Assembly: GCA_045112795.1 (NCBI GenBank)
Contig: JBGUIG010000017.1
Location: forward strand, 18,323-82,322
Origin: Anaerovoracaceae bacterium
Lineage (GTDB): Bacteria; Bacillota; Clostridia; Peptostreptococcales; Anaerovoracaceae
Length of the DNA stretch: 64,000 nucleotides
Reading direction: 5' to 3'
Part shown: positions 8,539 through 18,082 of the stretch, piece after piece
How positions within the stretch are numbered: position 1 is the first letter of the stretch
How the letters are laid out: every line of letters starts with the position of its first letter
Notes under the pieces: generated by a model
What the model was told of the DNA's origin: nothing
The model's input: only the letters and a program-made list of their open reading frames with translations
The model's database searches: none
Program-made: the position numbers and the translations under genes

Positions 8539-10506
8539 TTACTGTACCTGATGTCCGAGCATTTCCCTTATTTCATCTTCGGTTATTATGTTTACACCAA
8601 GCTCTCTGGCTGTCCGGTTCTTGGATGATCCGGAGCCCGGATCGTTTGTGATCAGATAGTCAGTTCTGGCAGATACCGAACCTGCGACTTTACCGCCCTC
8701 TGATTCTATCTCGGCCTTGAGATCCTTGCGGTTTGCATAGTGATTAAGGCTGCCTGTAATCACGAAAGTTTTGCCCTCAAGACTGGTGCCTGCGGCTTCA
8801 TAGCTCTCGTCAATATCCAGGATAGACACGAGGTCTTCAATTACTGATCTGTTATCTTCATCTGCAAAGAACCTCACATAGTCAGCCGCCATTACTGACC
8901 CTACACCGTCGATCATCAGAAGTCCCTCTTCATCGAGGCTCTGAATCTCGGTCCATCTGTTGCGGCACGCTCTCGAAATGACGCCTGAAGTAGCCACGCC
9001 GATACCCGGAACTCCGAGGCCGTACAGCAGTCTCGCAGGTGTTGTGTGAGATGCTTTGTCTGCGGAAGCAATCAGATTGTCGTATGATTTCTGTCCGAAG
9101 CCTTCAAGTCCGATGATCTCATCTCTGTACCTCTCCAGTCTGAACAGATCCGGGAACTGTCTGACAGCGCCGATTCCTATCAGCTTGAGAAGTCCTGATT
9201 CCGACAGACCCTCGATGTTAAGAGCATCTCTTGAAACAAAGTGGGAGAATTTCTTGACATGCTTGGCAAGGCAGTCAGGATTGGTGCATATAAGTGTCTT
9301 AGTGCCTTCATCATCTCTGATCCTGGTTGCTCCGCCGCATACAGGGCAGACTTCCGGTATTTCTATTCTTCCGCTTCTTGTCAGGTTGTCACTGAGCTGC
9401 GGAATGATCATGTTAGCCTTGTACACTCTTATAGTATCACCAATTCCCAGTGCAAGGTCTTCCATTATATTAAGATTGTGGACTGATGCCCTGCTGACTG
9501 TTGTTCCCTCCAGTTCGACCGGATCGAAAATTGCAACAGGATTCAGAAGTCCTGTCCGTGACGGGCTCCACTCTATTTCTCTCAGAACAGTTTCAGCATT
9601 CTGATCGCGCCATTTGAACGCGATGGAATCCTTAGGATATTTTGCAGTCTCGCCAAGAGTCTTGGCGTACGCTGAATCCTCGAGGGTCAGAACAAGTCCG
9701 TCGGACGGTATGTCGAAGTCCGGGATGGCCGCTTCGTAGCTGTCGATGACATCCAGAAGGTTGTTCTTATCGACCATCACATAGTCTACGATATCGAAGC
9801 CCTGCGATTTCATCCACTCCATCTTGTCGCGTCTGCTGTTCATCTCTACGCCTTCAGAAAGCGTAAGTGTAAAAGCAAAGAAGCTTACTTTGCGGTCTGC
9901 GGTTACTTTCGGATCAAGCTGGCGAATGCTTCCGCTGCACAGATTGCGCGGATTCTTGTATTTAGCGTCAGTATCATCAATAGCCTCGTTGATCATCTCA
10001 AAGTCTGAATATCTGATAACAGCTTCGCCCCTGACAATGACCCTGCCCTTGTGAGGAATTCTCTTCGGAATATTCTGAACGGCAAGTGTGTTGGCAGTAA
10101 TCAGTTCACCTTCAACGCCGTTGCCTCTTGTTACTCCCTGCACAAGCCTTCCGTTTTCATATGTGAGTCCGACAGTAAGTCCGTCCAGCTTCCATGAAAG
10201 GAGTCCCTGCTGGTCGCCGAGCCATGCTTTCAGCTCATCTCTGTCCTTGGTCTTGTTCAGAGAAAGCATTTTGATTTCATGAACGATTTTAGGCAGGCCG
10301 ACGGCAGTCTCGTATCCTACATTGATGGAAGGACTGTCCTCTCTGATGTATCCCGTCTCATCCTCAAGTGCGAGGAGCTCGTCATACATCTCATCATATT
10401 CGAAGTTGGTTATTATCTCGATTCCGTCGGCGTAATAGGCTCTCGATGCCTCATTCAGTTTGTCGGAAAGCCAGTCTATTCTGCTTCTCTTTTCCTCTAA
10501 AGTCAT
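8539..10506 (-). CDS. ligA: NAD-dependent DNA ligase LigA
   Basis: Adenylation motif KLDGLTV, a four-Cys zinc finger (CPVCGG...CTNPDC), HhH repeats and a C-terminal BRCT (GKTFVITGSL). Start chosen at MTLEEK, which has AGGAGG 6 nt upstream. Confidence 0.95.
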   Translation of the reverse strand: MTLEEKRSRIDWLSDKLNEASRAYYADGIEIITNFEYDEMYDELLALEDETGYIREDSPSINVGYETAVGLPKIVHEIKMLSLNKTKDRDELKAWLGDQQGLLSWKLDGLTVGLTYENGRLVQGVTRGNGVEGELITANTLAVQNIPKRIPHKGRVIVRGEAVIRYSDFEMINEAIDDTDAKYKNPRNLCSGSIRQLDPKVTADRKVSFFAFTLTLSEGVEMNSRRDKMEWMKSQGFDIVDYVMVDKNNLLDVIDSYEAAIPDFDIPSDGLVLTLEDSAYAKTLGETAKYPKDSIAFKWRDQNAETVLREIEWSPSRTGLLNPVAIFDPVELEGTTVSRASVHNLNIMEDLALGIGDTIRVYKANMIIPQLSDNLTRSGRIEIPEVCPVCGGATRIRDDEGTKTLICTNPDCLAKHVKKFSHFVSRDALNIEGLSESGLLKLIGIGAVRQFPDLFRLERYRDEIIGLEGFGQKSYDNLIASADKASHTTPARLLYGLGVPGIGVATSGVISRACRNRWTEIQSLDEEGLLMIDGVGSVMAADYVRFFADEDNRSVIEDLVSILDIDESYEAAGTSLEGKTFVITGSLNHYANRKDLKAEIESEGGKVAGSVSARTDYLITNDPGSGSSKNRTARELGVNIITEDEIREMLGHQVQ

Positions 10507-10551
10507 TTTTTCCTCCTGAGTCCTTGCGGCTGCAGATCTGATCATCTGCCG

Positions 10552-12894
10552 TCAGTCACTGACCTTCTCCATTTTAACAAAGCCCTTGCCGAGCTTCTTC
10601 TGCCCGAAATCATCGAACATTACGGTCATGGTCTTCTCATCCTGCTCAATTACCATGCCTTCGCCGAATTTCGGATGTCTTACGATATCTCCGTTGCTGA
10701 ATTCATCAGAGATTGCTTCTTTGTTGTGCACGGCCTTTCTTGCGGCGCTGAGTCCGTCAAAAGGTCTCGGTCTCGGGTCACCCGCGTATCCGTCTGCGGT
10801 TCCGAGGCTGCGTCCTCCGAATATGTAATCACCCAGCAGTCCGCCTCTGCCTCTAAGCCCGTCTTCATTCTTGAGTTTGTCTTTGACTGTCTTGTCTCCG
10901 TTGAGACAGTCTTTGTCCATTTCATCAAGGAAAAGCGACTCAGTCTGCCAGTCCGTCCTGCCGTACATAGTACGCATCTGAGCGCCTGTAAGATACAACT
11001 TCTTCATCGCTCTGGTGATACCTACATAGCAGAGCCTGCGCTCTTCTTCCATTTTGGCTGTCTCATCGAAAGCTGTAACTCCCGGAAACATTCCGTTTTC
11101 CATGCCCGGCATGAATACAACAGGAAATTCCAGGCCTTTGGCTGAGTGAAGCGTCATAAGGACTACCGCGTCCTCTTCTTCGTCGTGATTGTCGATATCT
11201 GACATCAGTGTGATCTGCTCAAGAAATGTGCTGAGTACTGAAGTTTCCTCTGCAGGTAGTCCCTCACCGAGAAGTCCCAGTCTGTCAGCTCTCATCTCTG
11301 CCTGCATTGCCGCAACGCTGCCGTCGGCAAGGCCCTTCTCAAATTCCGCAATAACGGATTTGAATTCCATTATATTCTCGATGCGTCCGTCAGCTTCGAC
11401 AGTCTTCGCGTCCTCAAGCGCCTTGAGGTATCCTGATCTGCTGAGCAGATTGTCATATATATCAGAAAGAGTCAGATTGTCCTGCTCATTTCTGAGGTCA
11501 TCAAGCATCTGCGTGAGTTCCCGGACCGCGGTTCTGCTTTTGTTACCCAGCGATGCAAGCAGCTGGTCTTCGCAAAGCGCCTCATACATGCTTATGCCAT
11601 ATGAATTGGCGTATCCGTCAATTGCAGAAAGCGTCTTGGCACCGATGCCGCGCTTCGGCTCGTTAATGATGCGTCTCATACTCTCATTGTCGCCCGGATT
11701 GGCGATAAGTCTGAGGTATGCCATAACATCTTTGATTTCTTTGCGGTCATAGTATCTGAGACCGGCAAGGACTCTGTACGGAATCCCGCGGAAGCTGAAC
11801 TTCTCTTCGAAAGATCTCGACTGCGCGTTCTTGCGGTACAGGATAGCGATGTCTCTGTAGTTGTAACCCTCGTCACGGAGTTTCTCTATTTCGGCTCCTA
11901 TCCAGTATGCTTCCTGTTTTTCGTCATCAAGCCTGCGGTAGGTAATCTTCTCACCGTCGCTGCGTTCAGTCCAGAGCGCTTTGCTCTTCCGGCTCTTGTT
12001 GTTCCTGATAACTGAGTTCGCCAGTTTGAGAATGTTTCCGTCAGATCTGTAGTTCTGTTCGAGTCTTACGGTAAAAGCGCCGGAGAAATCATTCTCGAAG
12101 TCAAGGATGTTGCGTATGTCCGCGCCTCTCCACTGATATATGCACTGATCGTCATCGCCTACAACACACAGATTGCCGTGCTTTGAGGCCAGCATGCTGA
12201 TCAGCTTGTACTGCAGATAGTTGGTGTCCTGATACTCGTCTACCATAATATATCTGAATCTGTCAGAGTAGTATCTGAGCACGTCCGGCTCCTGCTCGAG
12301 AAGCCTGACACCGTTCCACAGCAGATCGTCAAAGTCCATGGCATTGTCTGCCATCAGATCTTCCTGGTACTTGGTGTAAACCTGATATATGAGTTTGTGC
12401 TGAGGCATTCCGGTACTCGTGGCCAGGTACTCCTCAGGACCCTGTTCCTGCTCTTTGCAGCTGCTGATAACACTGATAATCATCGATACAGGTGTTATCT
12501 TCTCGTCCACACCGAGTTCTTTGCAGATCCTCTTGATCAGAGCTTTCTTGTCTGTCTCATCATAGACAGTGAATCCCGGTCTGTAGCCAAGCGCCTCACC
12601 GGAATATCTGAGCATGCGAAGACACATAGCGTGGAAAGTCATGATCCACATTCCGTAAATATCTCCGACGAGATTTGCCACACGGCTTCTCATCTCGTTT
12701 GCGGCCTTGTTGGTGAAAGTCACTGCAAGAATACTGCGCGGATCGACGCCCTGCCGCACCATGTAAGCGATGCGGTGAGTCATTGTTGCCGTTTTGCCCG
12801 AACCTGCTCCCGCAAGTATCAGGACAGGCCCGTCGATCTGTCTTACTGCCCTGCGCTGCTCACTATTAAGTTCAACTCTGCTTGTATCTGCCAT
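10552..12894 (-). CDS. pcrA: ATP-dependent DNA helicase PcrA (UvrD family)
   Basis: Walker A AGAGSGKT, motif II VDEYQDTN, and the C-terminal Tudor-like block VRHPKFGEGMVIE. The pcrA-ligA adjacency is typical of Firmicutes. Start chosen at MADTSRVELNSEQ. Confidence 0.93.
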   Translation of the reverse strand: MADTSRVELNSEQRRAVRQIDGPVLILAGAGSGKTATMTHRIAYMVRQGVDPRSILAVTFTNKAANEMRSRVANLVGDIYGMWIMTFHAMCLRMLRYSGEALGYRPGFTVYDETDKKALIKRICKELGVDEKITPVSMIISVISSCKEQEQGPEEYLATSTGMPQHKLIYQVYTKYQEDLMADNAMDFDDLLWNGVRLLEQEPDVLRYYSDRFRYIMVDEYQDTNYLQYKLISMLASKHGNLCVVGDDDQCIYQWRGADIRNILDFENDFSGAFTVRLEQNYRSDGNILKLANSVIRNNKSRKSKALWTERSDGEKITYRRLDDEKQEAYWIGAEIEKLRDEGYNYRDIAILYRKNAQSRSFEEKFSFRGIPYRVLAGLRYYDRKEIKDVMAYLRLIANPGDNESMRRIINEPKRGIGAKTLSAIDGYANSYGISMYEALCEDQLLASLGNKSRTAVRELTQMLDDLRNEQDNLTLSDIYDNLLSRSGYLKALEDAKTVEADGRIENIMEFKSVIAEFEKGLADGSVAAMQAEMRADRLGLLGEGLPAEETSVLSTFLEQITLMSDIDNHDEEEDAVVLMTLHSAKGLEFPVVFMPGMENGMFPGVTAFDETAKMEEERRLCYVGITRAMKKLYLTGAQMRTMYGRTDWQTESLFLDEMDKDCLNGDKTVKDKLKNEDGLRGRGGLLGDYIFGGRSLGTADGYAGDPRPRPFDGLSAARKAVHNKEAISDEFSNGDIVRHPKFGEGMVIEQDEKTMTVMFDDFGQKKLGKGFVKMEKVSD

Positions 12895-13139
12895 GTAATC
12901 TCTCTCTGAAAAGAGCACAGTAAAACTTGAGCTGTGCCCATAGATATTATATTTTACCACAAATTCCGCCGTCAGTGGCTGCTTCTGACTTTTGGATTAT
13001 AAAAAAGACTCTGCCGCTGATTCGCAGCGAATTCGCAATTGTCACAAATTTCTGTTTTGTTATTTTAGGTTATTTCACAATTGTTAATTTATGTTTTTCA
13101 AAAACACCAAATCTTTACCCTGTGACGCCCCTTCAGATG

Positions 13140-13167
13140 TTGACTTTTACTTGTCAAGTGATAGAAT
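13140..13167 (+). promoter_or_regulatory. candidate sigma-A promoter of gdhA
   Basis: TTGACT (13140-13145), a 16-nt spacer, then TAGAAT (13162-13167), about 65 nt upstream of the gdhA ATG. Confidence 0.5.
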
Positions 13168-13231
13168 TTATGCGTAGGTGTTTTCACCACAATTCTTAAT
13201 CTTATTTAATTGCATAAGGAGAGTGATACCA

Positions 13232-14602
13232 ATGGCAAATTATGTAGAAAGAGTCATCGAACAGTGCAAGAAGAACAATCCTGGCGAGCTTGAGTTTCAT
13301 CAGACTGTAGAAGAAGTTCTGACTTCCCTCGCTCCAGTAATGGATGCTAATCCTAAGTACGAAGAGTGCGCACTTCTCGAGAGACTCGTTGAGCCTGAAA
13401 GAGGAGTTACTTTCAGAGTTGTTTGGGTTGACGACGAAGGTAAAGTTCAGGTTAACAAGGGATACAGATATCAGTTCAACAGCGCAATCGGACCTTACAA
13501 GGGTGGTCTGAGATTCGCTCCAAACGTATATCCTGGAATCATCAAGTTCCTCGGATTCGAGCAGATCTTCAAGAACTCCCTGACAGGACTGCCAATCGGC
13601 GGCGGCAAGGGTGGTTCCGATTTCGATCCTAACGGAAAGAGTGATGCTGAAGTTATGAGATTCTGCCAGGCATTCATGACAGAGCTCTACAGACATATCG
13701 GACCTGACACAGACGTTCCTGCTGGTGACCTTGGTGTTGGCGCAAGAGAGATCGGATATCTCTTCGGTCAGTACAAGAGAATCACTGACAGATTCGACGG
13801 CGGAGTTCTCACAGGTAAGGGAATTCCTTACGGCGGACTGCTCGGAAGAACAGAAGCTACAGGTTTCGGTATCGTATGGTATGCTGAGGAAATGCTCAAG
13901 GCTAACGGCGAAGAGATTAAGGATAAGGTTGTTGCTATCTCCGGATTCGGTAACGTATCTTGGGGAACAGCTTGGCAGCTCCAGAGACTCGGCGCTAAGC
14001 TCGTAACAATTTCCGGACCAGACGGATACATCTATGATCCAGAAGGAATCAGCACAGACGAGAAGATCGCTTACCTCCTCGAGCTCAGAGGATCCGGCAA
14101 GAACATCTGCGCACCTTACGCAGAGAAGTTCCCAGAAGCTACATTCTTCCCAGGAAAGAAGCCTTGGGGCGTATTTCAGGATACTGGATGCAAAGTTGAC
14201 ATGTTCATTCCATGCGCTATGCAGAACGACGTTCACATGGAGCATGCTCAGCAGATCGTTGAGGGCGGCTGCAAGTTCTATTGCGAAGGCGCTAACATGC
14301 CTACAACTAACGACGCTCTGAAGTATCTCATGGACAACATGATCGCTGTTGGTCCTGCTAAGGCAGCTAACGCTGGCGGCGTTGCTTGCTCCTGCATCGA
14401 GATGGGACAGAACTCCGGCCACACTGTATTCCAGCACGAGGACGTTTATGCACAGCTCCACCAGATCATGAAGAACATCTACAATGCATGTGCTAATGCT
14501 GGTGAGAAGTACTATGGCAACAAGAACGCTCTGGTACAGGGTGCTAACATCGCTGGTTTCGAGAGAGTTGCAGAAGCTATGATGGCTCAGGGTCTTGTAT
14601 AA
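13232..14602 (+). CDS. gdhA: NADP-specific glutamate dehydrogenase
   Basis: The MANYVERVIEQ start is preceded by GGAGAG. The GluDH active-site block LPIGGGKGGSDFDP and dinucleotide-fold GFGNVSWG are present. Codon usage is strongly biased, as in highly expressed genes. Confidence 0.95.
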   Translation: MANYVERVIEQCKKNNPGELEFHQTVEEVLTSLAPVMDANPKYEECALLERLVEPERGVTFRVVWVDDEGKVQVNKGYRYQFNSAIGPYKGGLRFAPNVYPGIIKFLGFEQIFKNSLTGLPIGGGKGGSDFDPNGKSDAEVMRFCQAFMTELYRHIGPDTDVPAGDLGVGAREIGYLFGQYKRITDRFDGGVLTGKGIPYGGLLGRTEATGFGIVWYAEEMLKANGEEIKDKVVAISGFGNVSWGTAWQLQRLGAKLVTISGPDGYIYDPEGISTDEKIAYLLELRGSGKNICAPYAEKFPEATFFPGKKPWGVFQDTGCKVDMFIPCAMQNDVHMEHAQQIVEGGCKFYCEGANMPTTNDALKYLMDNMIAVGPAKAANAGGVACSCIEMGQNSGHTVFQHEDVYAQLHQIMKNIYNACANAGEKYYGNKNALVQGANIAGFERVAEAMMAQGLV

Positions 14603-14720
14603 TGGTTTCATCTACCATAACGCCGTTGGCGTAAGGTAGAAACCATTGATCTCCGGAGGCTAAGCTCCTCCGATAGAATCAAGAAATGAGACTCGTTTGA
14701 CTCTTTAAGCAAACAACAAA

Positions 14721-14750
14721 AGAGAGACCGCTTCGGCGGTCTCTTTTATT
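14721..14750. terminator. bidirectional rho-independent terminator (gdhA and the convergent acidic-protein gene)
   Basis: AGAGACCG-cttcgg-CGGTCTCT hairpin (14723-14744), flanked by an A-rich run upstream and TTTATT downstream. Confidence 0.75.
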
Positions 14751-14819
14751 GCTTTCGAATGAGACAGCGGAACAGTTCACTGTCTCCGGTCGTCCCCTTT
14801 CTCCCTCATTATCTACGTA

Positions 14820-15794
14820 TCAGTCCTCATATCTGCTCTGGATTATGCTGATGTCATCGCATGAGAATGTCAGATATTTCAGTTCGCCGTCATCGAGCAG
14901 GAAGTGCACCTCAAATCTCCCGTCTTCAAAATACAGTTCGTGGCATTCTAGGTCGCAGTTTGAAGTCAAATCTCCGTCCTCATCGATCTCAGCCTCGACT
15001 GCGGCTTCCTCATCTTCGATGATCTGTACACCTTCAAACAAAGCCGTGCGTTTTACCGGCTCGCCTTCCTCATCCCAGCCTGACAGCTCGATTTCAAGTT
15101 CATCTCCATCCCTATGAATGCTCAGAACATATTCTCCGTCCAACTCGTCAAGATCCTCAATCAGCCTCGGATACTCATCCGGCATTACCTCACAGAGTTC
15201 CTCGTATATGTCCTCAAGAGCGTCCTCAGCTGCTTCGTCCAGCTCATCGAATCTCTCCTGCATAGCCTCTTCTTCAGCCATGAGTTTTTTGTAAGCGCCC
15301 TCAGGCAGTGCGCCCATAGCCAGGAGTCTTACATCGACTGAATCTCTGACCCACTTAGGAATGTCTTCGTCTGGTTCCTCAAGAAAATCCCTGTAATTCT
15401 CCTCGAAGATTTCCTTTGCTTCTTCTTCATCAAAAGGCTCTCTGTTCTCATATTCCTCGAGTTCACGTTCCATCTGGCGCTTTGTGAATTCCTTCAGTTC
15501 AGCGTAATCAGCCGGATGGCGGATATTCTGCTCATTTCCGTCTTCGTCAATGTCGCACACAATGTAGTCTTCAGGGTCGAAGTCCTCAGGATCCGGTTCG
15601 TCTTCTTCATCGAAAGCAAGGACTGGCGGTTCATCATAGTCTGCCCTCTCCTCTTCAATGAATCTGTCCATGAATTCCTGATACAGATCTTCGATTTCTC
15701 CGTCAGTGTATTCCTTATCAATGACAGGTCGGAACATATCAACAGTTCCGAGCGAGTTCATCAGCGAGTGCCATTCTTTGGTATAAAAACGCAT
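14820..15794 (-). CDS. hyper-acidic hypothetical protein (possibly DUF4085-like)
   Basis: 324 aa starting MRFYTKEWHSLM, with long Asp/Glu runs (EEDEPDPEDFDPEDY, DELDEAAEDALEDIYEE). No signal peptide or TM segment. The family assignment is from memory of the N-terminal motif only. Confidence 0.55.
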   Translation of the reverse strand: MRFYTKEWHSLMNSLGTVDMFRPVIDKEYTDGEIEDLYQEFMDRFIEEERADYDEPPVLAFDEEDEPDPEDFDPEDYIVCDIDEDGNEQNIRHPADYAELKEFTKRQMERELEEYENREPFDEEEAKEIFEENYRDFLEEPDEDIPKWVRDSVDVRLLAMGALPEGAYKKLMAEEEAMQERFDELDEAAEDALEDIYEELCEVMPDEYPRLIEDLDELDGEYVLSIHRDGDELEIELSGWDEEGEPVKRTALFEGVQIIEDEEAAVEAEIDEDGDLTSNCDLECHELYFEDGRFEVHFLLDDGELKYLTFSCDDISIIQSRYED

Positions 15795-15806
15795 TTTATT
15801 ATCTCC

Positions 15807-16433
15807 TTACAGTCCGTCAGGGAAGCTGGTAAAGCTGCCGTGCTCCATCTGCGGCTTTCCGTATTTTTCTTTCGCATCGGCAATTGCTTTTATCATAAAT
15901 GCCATGTTGCGCGCGAGGTTTCTCATTGTCTGAAGACCTTCCGCATCTTTCTTAACGTCTTCCGCACTGAATCCGTGAACCTGATTCCAGTAAGTGCTTG
16001 TTGCGATTGGCATTCCGCTGATTGAGAAGTACTTGTTCAGTACATCAAAGCTTGCTGAATTGCCTCCGCGTCTGGCGCTGACTACTGCAGCGCCGACTTT
16101 CAAATGAGTATCAAACTGAGCGCTGTAGAAAAGCCGGTCCATGAACGAGAGAATAGTGCCGTTAGGAGATCCATAATAAACAGGACTTCCGACAACCAGT
16201 CCGTCAGCTTCTTCGAATTTTGCGGACACCTCAGTTACGAGGTCATTAAAGACACAGTGCCCGTGAGTTTCGCAGTAGCCGCAAGCTATGCATCCTCTGA
16301 TTGACTTGCTTCCTACCTGTATTACTTCTGTTTCTATACCTTCTTCATTGAAAACTCTGACCATTTCGTCAAGAGCAGTTGCTGTGCACCCATCTGCTTT
16401 CGGGCTGCCGTTGAGTAGTATTACTTTGCTCAT
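15807..16433 (-). CDS. flavodoxin-like NAD(P)H-dependent FMN reductase / iron-sulfur flavoprotein (Isf-type)
   Basis: ILLNGSPKADGCT N-terminus and the compact Cys cluster CIACGYCETHGHC. Its start overlaps the stop of the upstream gene by 4 nt. Confidence 0.75.
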   Translation of the reverse strand: MSKVILLNGSPKADGCTATALDEMVRVFNEEGIETEVIQVGSKSIRGCIACGYCETHGHCVFNDLVTEVSAKFEEADGLVVGSPVYYGSPNGTILSFMDRLFYSAQFDTHLKVGAAVVSARRGGNSASFDVLNKYFSISGMPIATSTYWNQVHGFSAEDVKKDAEGLQTMRNLARNMAFMIKAIADAKEKYGKPQMEHGSFTSFPDGL

Positions 16434-18034
16434 TTTATCTCCTTTACAGTATGTCCTTTCATTTGCAGCATCCCGTCTTTGATATCTAACGGCCGCAGTA
16501 TAATATAAGTCCGGTTCTTCTGGGTTTTGTTCAGTTCCAGAGCTCTGCCGCGAAGTGGTCCCCTGATAATGAGTCTGTCATCTGCCCGTCCCCCGAGATC
16601 TGAATGATCTGAGAAGTAGTTTTTGAGTGTTTCAAAAGCATCCAGTGAAACAACTCTTATTTCATCTATCTGTTCAAGTTCTTCGTTGGTATATCCGAGT
16701 CCGATATCTGATGTCTGATAATAGTATTCCTGCAGTCCCAGACTGATTATCTGATCATCCTCGAGAGGCTTTCCATTGTATTTAATTTCAAGATCCTTGG
16801 TTTCCTTGTCATACTTTATCTTAAGCTCTCTGGAAGTGTGGAAGAAAACATCCTGCCAGTCATCCAGGACTTCATCTCTCAGCATATGACGCACCATATT
16901 TCTGAGCATTTCTCCTGTAACTTTGACTCTGTAAATCTTACCGTCATACGGATACGCTTCTCTGAGATCCTGCAGAGTGACTGTCATATCAAGGGTGTAA
17001 CATCTCGTACTTGATGACGCTAGGAACATGACATCCACGTCGAGGCTGTCCGCGAAAGCATCTGCGAAAAGCTGCCCGACTTCTGTCGTGTTTCCTCTCC
17101 CGTAGTTGTCCAGTGTGCGTTTGAGTCGTGTGATTATCCTGCCGTACTTCTCATCTATATCCATGGCATAAGTATTAACCATGGCTCTGACAAAAGGATC
17201 CACCTGACAGTGATCTTCATCAACAGGAATTACTTCCCATTTCCATCCGTCAATACTCCGTGTCTCAGCGTTGAAGTCCAGATCCAGTCTTCCGACATGT
17301 GTGTTCTCCATTCCCACCTGCAGAATGATTATTCCGTTCTCTATTGTCGGTTCGTCAAGATAAGTATGAGAATGGCCGCCGACTATAATGTCTACTCCGA
17401 GATCCTCAGGAAGGGACTTCGCCAGCTCTACATCAGCTTCATATCCTATATGAGTAAGAAGCACTGTTATGTCAGGTTTAAAGCCTTTTTTGTCTACCGC
17501 CCTCTCTCTGGCTCTTCTTATCTCCTGCTCGGCATCCTCGACTGTTACGAATGTGCCGACAAGGCCTTCGGTTTTGGCCTGATCGAGAATGTTTTCTGTA
17601 ATAAGACCGATAAACAGTACATTGACGTCACCGAGCTGAACAACATGATGCGGTTTGAAAAGATGCTTTCTGTTGCTCTTGACAAGGAAATTCGCATTCA
17701 CTATCGGGAAGTTCGCATATCTGGATACAAACAGCATATGAGAGATGCCGTAATCCAGTTCGTGGTTTCCCAGTGACATAACGTCGATATCCATAAGATT
17801 CAGGATCTGCATTGTGGAAAGTCCCTGGAAATCACTGTCAATGAGTGAGCCCTGGAACATATCGCCCGCATTGCAGTATATAGTATCAGGGTTTTCTTCC
17901 TTGACCGCAGAAATATATCCTGAAAGCTGCGCAAGGCTTCCGCACAGTTTTCCATTCTCGTCTCTTTTGCCTGTAAACTTGCCGTGGATATCGTTGGAAT
18001 GCAGTATTGTAATTGTTTTGTTTGTCTTTTCCAT
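16430..18034 (-). CDS. bifunctional metallophosphatase / 5'-nucleotidase family protein (no signal peptide)
   Basis: Calcineurin-like motifs HSNDIHG, GDMFQGS, GNHELDYG and GGHSHT, followed by a 5'-nucleotidase C-terminal-type region. The N-terminus MEKTNKTITIL lacks a secretion signal. Confidence 0.8.
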   Translation of the reverse strand: MEKTNKTITILHSNDIHGKFTGKRDENGKLCGSLAQLSGYISAVKEENPDTIYCNAGDMFQGSLIDSDFQGLSTMQILNLMDIDVMSLGNHELDYGISHMLFVSRYANFPIVNANFLVKSNRKHLFKPHHVVQLGDVNVLFIGLITENILDQAKTEGLVGTFVTVEDAEQEIRRARERAVDKKGFKPDITVLLTHIGYEADVELAKSLPEDLGVDIIVGGHSHTYLDEPTIENGIIILQVGMENTHVGRLDLDFNAETRSIDGWKWEVIPVDEDHCQVDPFVRAMVNTYAMDIDEKYGRIITRLKRTLDNYGRGNTTEVGQLFADAFADSLDVDVMFLASSSTRCYTLDMTVTLQDLREAYPYDGKIYRVKVTGEMLRNMVRHMLRDEVLDDWQDVFFHTSRELKIKYDKETKDLEIKYNGKPLEDDQIISLGLQEYYYQTSDIGLGYTNEELEQIDEIRVVSLDAFETLKNYFSDHSDLGGRADDRLIIRGPLRGRALELNKTQKNRTYIILRPLDIKDGMLQMKGHTVKEIK

Positions 18035-18082
18035 AGGTATTACCTTTTGATTTCGCTGTTAAGCGATTGTGTGCAGGAATTA

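Noticed and set aside
13202-14611. 469-aa ORF running the full length of gdhA on the opposite strand.
   Set aside because: The sense frame is an unmistakable glutamate dehydrogenase with strongly biased codon usage. Avoiding the sense codons TTA, CTA and TCA automatically removes stops from the antisense frame. The antisense product is low-complexity (Ser/Leu/Val-rich) with no recognisable motif or RBS.
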